NCBI GenBank assembly: GCA_027016675.1
Contig: JALUSH010000162.1
Coordinates: 1-25,523, forward strand
Direction of reading: 5' to 3'
From: Thermodesulfovibrio sp.
GTDB lineage: Bacteria > Nitrospirota > Thermodesulfovibrionia > Thermodesulfovibrionales > JdFR-85
Length of the DNA: 25,523 nucleotides
Part shown: piece by piece, positions 8,344 through 14,608 of the stretch
Layout: each line of letters opens with the position of its first letter
Position numbering within the stretch: the first letter of the stretch is position 1
Translations under genes and position numbers: made by a program
Notes under the pieces: generated by a model
The model's database searches: none
What the model saw: the letters and a program-made list of their open reading frames with translations, nothing else
Told to the model about the DNA's origin: nothing

Positions 8344-9573
8344 ATGGGATATGTGACAGGTCTAAAATGCAGGGAGTGCGGAAGGCAGTATGAAATAGAG
8401 CCTATTTATGTATGTGAATTCTGTTTTGGACCCCTTGAGGCAGTGTATGACTATCAAAAGATCAAGAAAGCCATCTCAAGAAAGAAGATAGAAAACAGGG
8501 ATGAAAACCTGTGGCGATATAAAGAGCTTCTGCCCATAGATAAGGAGCCCCAGGCAGGGCTATACTCTGGCTTTACCCCCCTTGTCAAGGCTGACAATCT
8601 TGGAAAGGAACTTGGATTGAAAGAACTCTACATCAAGGATGACACTGTGGCTCATCCAACATTTTCCTTTAAGGACCGTGTAGTGGCTGTTGCCCTTACA
8701 AAGGCAAAGGAGTTTGGGTTTGACACTGTTGCCTGTGCCTCCACTGGTAATCTTGCCCATTCTGTTTCAGCCCAGGGTGCAAAGGCTGGTTTCAACAGGT
8801 TCATATTTATTCCAGCAACACTGGAGGAATCAAAGATCACCTCATCTCTGGTTTTCGAGCCTCATCTTATTGCTGTGGACGGTAATTATGATGAGGTAAA
8901 CAGGCTCTGTAGCGAGATAGCAAACAGATACAGATGGGCCTTTGTCAACATAAACATCCGTCCTTATTATGCAGAGGGCTCCAAGACCATAGGCTTTGAA
9001 ATAGCAGAACAGCTTGGCTGGAAGGCACCAGACAATGTAGTGGTACCATGTGCAAGTGGCTCATTGTTGACAAAGATCTGGAAGGCCTTCAAGGAACTGA
9101 AGGAGGTTGGTCTTTTAAGGTCTGCTCATACCAGGGTCTATGCTGCCCAGGCAACAGGATGCAATCCAATTGTAACAGCCATCAAGAACGACACAGATGT
9201 GATCAGACCCATTAAACCTGACACTATTGCCAAAAGCCTTGCCATTGGAAATCCTGCAGACGGATATTATGCCTATGCAGCTGTAAAAGAGTCAGGTGGT
9301 TATGGCGAGGAGGTTACAGACGATGAGATTGTTGAAGGCATGAAATTACTTGCCAGGACCGAAGGTATATTTGCAGAAACAGCAGGTGGTGTTACTGTGG
9401 CGGTGACCAGGAAGCTTGTACAACAGGGCTATATCAGTAAAAACGAGGTTACTGTGATATGTGTAACAGGCAATGGATTAAAAACACGAGAGGCACTTGA
9501 TGGTAAAATGGCCTCACCAATATATATTAAACCCAATATTGATGCCTTTGAAGAGGTACTGAAGAGGATTTAA
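8344..9573 (+). CDS. Threonine synthase-like PLP enzyme (fold type II) with N-terminal Zn ribbon (409 aa); actual reaction uncertain
   Basis: CRECG...CEFC Zn ribbon, PLP lysine in PTFSFKDR, ACASTGNLA, and GIFAETAGG...VTGNGLK. GGAGG RBS upstream. Substrate motifs differ from the canonical thrC downstream. Confidence 0.85.
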   Translation: MGYVTGLKCRECGRQYEIEPIYVCEFCFGPLEAVYDYQKIKKAISRKKIENRDENLWRYKELLPIDKEPQAGLYSGFTPLVKADNLGKELGLKELYIKDDTVAHPTFSFKDRVVAVALTKAKEFGFDTVACASTGNLAHSVSAQGAKAGFNRFIFIPATLEESKITSSLVFEPHLIAVDGNYDEVNRLCSEIANRYRWAFVNINIRPYYAEGSKTIGFEIAEQLGWKAPDNVVVPCASGSLLTKIWKAFKELKEVGLLRSAHTRVYAAQATGCNPIVTAIKNDTDVIRPIKPDTIAKSLAIGNPADGYYAYAAVKESGGYGEEVTDDEIVEGMKLLARTEGIFAETAGGVTVAVTRKLVQQGYISKNEVTVICVTGNGLKTREALDGKMASPIYIKPNIDAFEEVLKRI

Positions 9574-9625
9574 CATATTGAAAATTGAATATTTTTTAAT
9601 TTTCTAATGGAGAAAGGAGGTAACC

Positions 9626-9907
9626 ATGGCTGTAAAGGTAAGAATTCCTACGCCACTTCAGAGACTCACAGAAGGCAAAGAAGAGGTAGAGGGCAAACCT
9701 GGCAAGCTCATAGATCTGATAATGGAACTCGACAAACAGTATCCAGGCCTTGCCGAAAGGGTCTCTGAAAACGGAAAAATCAGACGTTTCGTAAATATCT
9801 ATGTAAACGAGGAAGATGTTCGATTTCTTAATGCTGAGGAGACAGAGATCAAGGACGGCGATGAAGTCTCAATCGTACCTGCTATTGCAGGGGGAAGGGG
9901 GATTTAA
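9626..9907 (+). CDS. MoaD/ThiS/CysO-family ubiquitin-like sulfur carrier (93 aa) with C-terminal extension after GG
   Basis: VKVRIPTPL...RRFVNIYVNEEDVRFL...DGDEVSIVPAIAGG-RGI. AAAGGAGG RBS upstream. Confidence 0.9.
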   Translation: MAVKVRIPTPLQRLTEGKEEVEGKPGKLIDLIMELDKQYPGLAERVSENGKIRRFVNIYVNEEDVRFLNAEETEIKDGDEVSIVPAIAGGRGI

Positions 9908-10143
9908 TGAAACTAAGAGTAAAACTCACTTTCCCACAACACCTTATAAAAGAACCTGTACTCTTTACCATGGCCAAAAAGTATGATGTGATGCCAAACA
10001 TCAGACGTGCCCGTGTAACAGAAACCGTGGGAGAGATGATACTGGAACTGGAAGGCGAGGAGAAGAATCTTGAAGATGGTATTCAATCCCTGAGAGATCA
10101 AGGGGTAGAGGTGGAGTTAGTGGAGGGTGATATAATAGAATAA
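9907..10143 (+). CDS. Standalone NIL-domain protein (78 aa)
   Basis: Pattern LTFPQHLIKEPVLFTMAKKYDVMPNIRRARV...GEMILELEG...GVEVE matches NIL/ACT-like domains. TAATG overlap with the carrier gene. Confidence 0.8.
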   Translation: MKLRVKLTFPQHLIKEPVLFTMAKKYDVMPNIRRARVTETVGEMILELEGEEKNLEDGIQSLRDQGVEVELVEGDIIE

Positions 10144-10168
10144 TTAGAAGAAGGAGGATTACCTGTAT

Positions 10169-11296
10169 ATGAGCCAAAGTGAGTCACAAATGTCCGGTCA
10201 GTCCACTGACCAGGAAGACCGAATGTGCAGAAGATGGAGAGGTATTATAAATGAATATAGAAGTTTCCTGCCAGTAAATATAAACACCCCAGTGATTACC
10301 CTCTTTGAGGGTAACACACCTCTTTTGAATGCAGTCAACTTCAGAAAAGAGCTCGGGTTAGATATCGACCTCTATTTCAAATATGATGGAGCAAATCCAA
10401 CCGGCTCTTTTAAGGACAGAGGAATGACTCTTGCAATCTCAAAGGCAATGGAAGAGGGGGCAAGGGCTGTTATATGCGCATCCACAGGAAACACATCAGC
10501 TTCTGCTGCTGCCTACGCTGCACGGGCTGGAATCAGAGCAATTGTTCTGATCCCGGAGGGTAAGATTGCCCTTGGCAAGCTGGTACAGGCTCTTATACAT
10601 GGTGCAGAGGTGATCCAGATTGAGGGAAACTTCGATCAGGCCCTTAACATTGTGAGGGAGATGGTAAAGAAATATCCCATTACGCTTGTAAATTCTATAA
10701 ATCCCTATCGACTTGAAGGCCAGAAGAGTGCTGCCTTTGAGGTAGCTGATCAGTTAGGTAGGGCACCTGATTTTCATGCACTACCTGTAGGTAATGCCGG
10801 GAATATTACTGCATACTGGAGGGGTTACAAGGAATATTACAAGGCAGGACTTATAGATTCTTTACCAAGGATGCTTGGATTCCAGGCTGCAGGCGCTGCA
10901 CCCATTGTTCAGGGAAGACCTGTGGAAAGACCTGAAACAGTGGCAACTGCAATAAGAATTGGTAATCCTGCAAGCTGGAGGTATGCTATAGAGGCAAAAG
11001 AAGAATCAGGAGGCACTATTGAATCTGTTACTGACGATGAGATACTGAACGCCTACAGATATGTTGCACAGTTAGAAGGTATCTTCTGTGAGCCTGCATC
11101 AGCCGCCTCTGTAGCGGGAGTGTTAAAGCTCCACAGAGAAGGCTATTTCAAAGGTGGTGAGACAGTGGTTTGTACTCTCACAGGACATGGACTCAAAGAC
11201 CCTGACATTGTTTTTTCTGTTGCTGAAACACCCAAAAAGGTTGCCCCCAGGATAGATGCAGTGGAAGAGATTCTTTCTCATGTACTGAATTTCTGA
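10169..11296 (+). CDS. thrC: Threonine synthase (canonical; start could alternatively be 10223)
   Basis: EGNTPL, NPTGSFKDRG (PLP Lys), CASTGNTSASAA, NSINPYRLEGQK, PVGNAGNI, TAIRIGNP and EPASAAS. AGGAGG RBS upstream. Confidence 0.93.
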   Translation: MSQSESQMSGQSTDQEDRMCRRWRGIINEYRSFLPVNINTPVITLFEGNTPLLNAVNFRKELGLDIDLYFKYDGANPTGSFKDRGMTLAISKAMEEGARAVICASTGNTSASAAAYAARAGIRAIVLIPEGKIALGKLVQALIHGAEVIQIEGNFDQALNIVREMVKKYPITLVNSINPYRLEGQKSAAFEVADQLGRAPDFHALPVGNAGNITAYWRGYKEYYKAGLIDSLPRMLGFQAAGAAPIVQGRPVERPETVATAIRIGNPASWRYAIEAKEESGGTIESVTDDEILNAYRYVAQLEGIFCEPASAASVAGVLKLHREGYFKGGETVVCTLTGHGLKDPDIVFSVAETPKKVAPRIDAVEEILSHVLNF

Positions 11297-11332
11297 TCCC
11301 TCTCCATGGATTAGAACAAACAGGTCATTCTC

Positions 11333-11341
11333 TGATATAAT
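11333..11341 (+). promoter_or_regulatory. Extended -10 promoter (TGaTATAAT) upstream of the apgM-like gene and lysC
   Basis: tcTGATATAATaa lies 35 nt upstream of the ATG at 11376, in an AT-rich gap. Confidence 0.5.
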
Positions 11342-11375
11342 AAAAAACTATACCTATACAAAAAGGATTATATTA

Positions 11376-12590
11376 ATGAAATATATCATACTGATAGGCG
11401 ATGGAATGGCTGACAGGCCAATAAAAGAATTAGAGGGAAAGACTCCTCTTCAGGCTGCCTTTACGCCCAATATGGACAGGCTTGCAAAGCAAGGAATTCT
11501 TGGCTCTGTCAGGACAATTCCTGAGGGTTTTCCACCCGGCTCTGACGTTGCAAATCTCAGTATTCTTGGCTATGATCCAAAACAGTTCTACTCAGGCAGG
11601 GCTCCACTGGAGGCAGCAAGCATGGGTATCGAGCTTGAGGAGAATGATGTAGCCTTCAGATGCAACCTTGTTACCCTGAAATATAACAAGACAAAAGACC
11701 GTGCCTTAATGGAAGACTACAGTGCTGGTCACATAAGCACTGAAGAAGCGAGGCAGTTGATAGAAACCATTGATTCTGAGCTGGGTAACGAGAATATCAG
11801 GTTTTTCCCTGGTATCAGTTACAGACACTTAATGATATGGAGGAACGGCGAGGTTGAGATCGAATGTGTTCCTCCCCATGATATCATCGGTAAAGAGATA
11901 ACAGAGTATCTCCCACTGGGCAAGGGTGAAAGGGTAATCCGTTCTCTAATGGAAAGTTCCGTGGGAATACTGGAAAACCACCCTGTCAATAAGAAAAGGG
12001 CTGCAGAGGGCAAGAAGGTCGCCAATAGTATCTGGCTCTGGGGACAGGGGAAAAAACCGAAAATACCCACATTCATGGAAAAGTATGGACTTACAGGCGC
12101 ACTGATCAGTGCAGTGGACCTCACCAGGGGGATTGGCGTCTGTGCAGGATTCGAGATCCTTCAGGTCCCGGGTGTAACAGGATATCTTGATACAAACTAT
12201 ACAGGAAAGGCTGAATATGCCCTGAAGGCACTGATAAAACATGATGTAGTGTACATCCATGTGGAGGCCCCTGATGAGGCAGGACATGAGGGAAACTACA
12301 GGAACAAGATTAAAGCTATCGAAGACTTTGATGCCCTTGTGGTAGGCTCTATTATCAGAGGTGCAAAGGAATTCGATGAATACAGGATACTGCTGCTGCC
12401 AGACCACCCCACACCCATTGAGGTAAGAACTCATACTGATGAACCTGTTCCCTTTGTAATCTTTGATAGCCGCCACAGACAGGACAACGGGGACGTTAGA
12501 TTCGATGAAAACATACTTCAGAGGGCTGAAATAGTAAAGATAGAGGAAGGTCATAAGTTAATGGATTTCTTCCTGAAAAACAGAGAATAA
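11376..12590 (+). CDS. apgM: Cofactor-independent phosphoglycerate mutase, ApgM (archaeal) type; candidate homoserine kinase from context (404 aa)
   Basis: IGDGMAD, GKTPL, catalytic Ser in GSDVANLS, GRAPLEAA, and metal ligands EAPDEAGH and PDH. Lies between thrC and lysC. Confidence 0.85.
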   Translation: MKYIILIGDGMADRPIKELEGKTPLQAAFTPNMDRLAKQGILGSVRTIPEGFPPGSDVANLSILGYDPKQFYSGRAPLEAASMGIELEENDVAFRCNLVTLKYNKTKDRALMEDYSAGHISTEEARQLIETIDSELGNENIRFFPGISYRHLMIWRNGEVEIECVPPHDIIGKEITEYLPLGKGERVIRSLMESSVGILENHPVNKKRAAEGKKVANSIWLWGQGKKPKIPTFMEKYGLTGALISAVDLTRGIGVCAGFEILQVPGVTGYLDTNYTGKAEYALKALIKHDVVYIHVEAPDEAGHEGNYRNKIKAIEDFDALVVGSIIRGAKEFDEYRILLLPDHPTPIEVRTHTDEPVPFVIFDSRHRQDNGDVRFDENILQRAEIVKIEEGHKLMDFFLKNRE

Positions 12591-12655
12591 TTCTATCTTT
12601 AAAAACAGAGGTTCTTGGTTCAGATATCCATAAAGAAGCAGGAGGTTAAACCTGT

Positions 12656-13873
12656 ATGCTCATAGTACAGAAATATGGTGGCACATCTGTAGCAAACATT
12701 GAAAGGATAAAGGCGGTTGCAGAACGGGTGGTCAAAACCGTTAGAGAAGGCAATCAGGTTGTTGTGGTGGTATCTGCCATGGCTGGTGAGACAGACAAAC
12801 TGATTGAACTTGCCCATCAGGTATCTCCATCTCCAGGAGAGAGGGAGATGGACCTACTGCTCTCTTCAGGTGAACGGATAACCTGTGCCCTTACTGCAAT
12901 GGCTATACAGGCCCAGGGAGAAAAGGCTGTTGCTCTGACAGGCAGACAGGTGGGGATTATAACTGATAAGGTTCATACAAAGGCAAAGATCGAGAAGGTT
13001 TCTGCTGACAGGGCTAAGAAGGCCCTTGAAGAAGGTTTTGTGGTGGTTGTTGCTGGATTCCAGGGCATAACAGAAGACACTGAAGAGGTAACAACCCTTG
13101 GAAGAGGAGGTTCTGATCTTACTGCAGTAGCCATAGCCTCGGCACTGGGGGCAGATCTCTGCGAGATTTACACTGATGTGGAGGGCGTATTTACAACAGA
13201 CCCCAATATAGTACCTGAAGCAAGGAAACTGGACAAGATATCATATGAGGAAATGTTAGAGCTTGCAAGTTCGGGTGCCAAGGTATTGCAGACTCGATCT
13301 GTTGAATTTGCAATGAAATACAATGTTCCCCTTGTTGTCAGATCAAGCTTTAATGATAAACCAGGCACCTTTGTAATCAAGGAGGATAAGGACATGGAAA
13401 ATGTTTTGGTTTCTGGAGTTGCGTACGATAAAAACCAGGTAAAGATAACAATCCTTGCTGTGCCTGACAGACCAGGTATTGCCGCATTGTTATTCAAATC
13501 AATCGCTGATGCAAATATTGTGGTTGATATGATTGTCCAGAATGTAAGTAGCGATGGTAAGGCCACTGATATATCCTTTACTGTACCAAGAACAGATTAT
13601 CAGAAGGCAGTAAAAATAACAGAAGATATCGCCCGTGAGCTTGGTGCCAGAGGTGTTACAGTGGATGAAAATATCGCAAAGGTCTCCATTGTAGGGGTAG
13701 GTATGAAAACCCACTCTGGTGTGGCAGCCAAAATGTTTGAAACCCTTGCCAGAGAGGGCATAAATATAATGATGATCAGTACTTCAGAGATCAAGGTCTC
13801 CTGTGTGGTGGATGTGAAATATACAGAACTGGCTGTGCGCGTACTCCACGATGCCTTTGAGCTTGACAAATAA
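12656..13873 (+). CDS. lysC: Aspartate kinase with two ACT domains (405 aa)
   Basis: [35 protein letters not shown] and [17 protein letters not shown] upstream. Confidence 0.95.
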   Translation: MLIVQKYGGTSVANIERIKAVAERVVKTVREGNQVVVVVSAMAGETDKLIELAHQVSPSPGEREMDLLLSSGERITCALTAMAIQAQGEKAVALTGRQVGIITDKVHTKAKIEKVSADRAKKALEEGFVVVVAGFQGITEDTEEVTTLGRGGSDLTAVAIASALGADLCEIYTDVEGVFTTDPNIVPEARKLDKISYEEMLELASSGAKVLQTRSVEFAMKYNVPLVVRSSFNDKPGTFVIKEDKDMENVLVSGVAYDKNQVKITILAVPDRPGIAALLFKSIADANIVVDMIVQNVSSDGKATDISFTVPRTDYQKAVKITEDIARELGARGVTVDENIAKVSIVGVGMKTHSGVAAKMFETLAREGINIMMISTSEIKVSCVVDVKYTELAVRVLHDAFELDK

Positions 13874-13924
13874 AGGGGGCTCCTTCACAACTTTTTCATT
13901 TTTTTATTATATAATCTTAATAAT

Positions 13925-14236
13925 ATGAAGATTGTCCTTACGATCTTATTGTTTTTCCTTACACTGACCCCTCTCTATGGATGGGATAGAAACGAACCTG
14001 TAACCCCTTATGGTGACTATTGTCCAAGATGCAGCAACTATGGTGTCTGCAGACTGATGCTCAGTCCTGCAGAGGCCAGGCAGGCCCTCAAGGACTACTA
14101 TTCAAAAAAAGGACTTGGTATAAAAATAGACAGAATAAGGGGACGTTTCATTAAGGCACGCATACTTGACGGTAGTAAGGTGGTTGATATCATTATATTC
14201 GATCGTAAAACAGGCAGAATAAGATCCATACTATAG
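13925..14236 (+). CDS. Small exported hypothetical protein with YGDYCxxC...C motif and PepSY-like C-terminus (103 aa)
   Basis: Signal-peptide-like MKIVLTILLFFLTLTPLYG, three Cys residues, and a C-terminal VDIIIFDRKTGRI resembling the PepSY end motif. No SD; TATAAT lies at 13910-13915. Confidence 0.7.
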   Translation: MKIVLTILLFFLTLTPLYGWDRNEPVTPYGDYCPRCSNYGVCRLMLSPAEARQALKDYYSKKGLGIKIDRIRGRFIKARILDGSKVVDIIIFDRKTGRIRSIL

Positions 14237-14354
14237 AAATCGTCTCTATTTAATTGCTTTTTTCAGCCTTCTTATATCTGTCAGCAAAACTGACTTTAAA
14301 GTCTATCGGCAATTTACAGTGTAATTCTTTTTATTGATTTAGACCACCCTGGAC

Positions 14355-14506
14355 AGCTATGATATATTATTACCGTGGATTTTCCCTGTGCGCGAAACAG
14401 ACGATTTTCAGAAGGAGAGGCATGGTGAAGCCTTCACCTCACTTCTCCTATGATCATATAGCTGTATTACGGACAAAGGGTTCATTACTCTGGTAACACA
14501 TCAGAT
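14355..14506. ncRNA. Candidate structured RNA: rod-like hairpin with symmetric central bubble (6S RNA-like); strand unresolved
   Basis: Manual pairing: GGTGAA/TTCACC (14424-14438), AGGAGAGG/CTTCTCCT (14413-14449), a 12x12-nt bubble (14401-14412 and 14450-14461), ACAG/CTGT, CCCT/AGGG, TTACC/GGTAA and an outer helix at 14360-14368/14495-14503. It lies in a 340-bp intergenic gap with no ORF. Confidence 0.45.
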
Positions 14507-14608
14507 GTAAAAACCCTTTAAGCTTGAAATCATAAAAAACATTTCATTAGAGCAAATGTAAACTGCCCGTGATTTTTGAGTAATATCAGGATGCCTTTAA
14601 ATAGATCT

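Noticed and set aside
11819-13869. Minus-strand ORFs inside apgM and lysC, including the 202-aa ORF at 11946-12554
   Set aside because: They are antisense to highly conserved enzymes and show no domain signature.
13874-13905. Intrinsic terminator after lysC (AAGGGGGCTCCTT followed by T-rich sequence)
   Set aside because: The stem is only about 4-5 bp with a minimal loop and is separated from the T tract. Too weak to call.
14280-14300. GTCAG-caaaa-CTGAC-tttaaa hairpin after the small exported gene
   Set aside because: A 5-bp stem with only three Ts. It may be a weak terminator but is not supportable.
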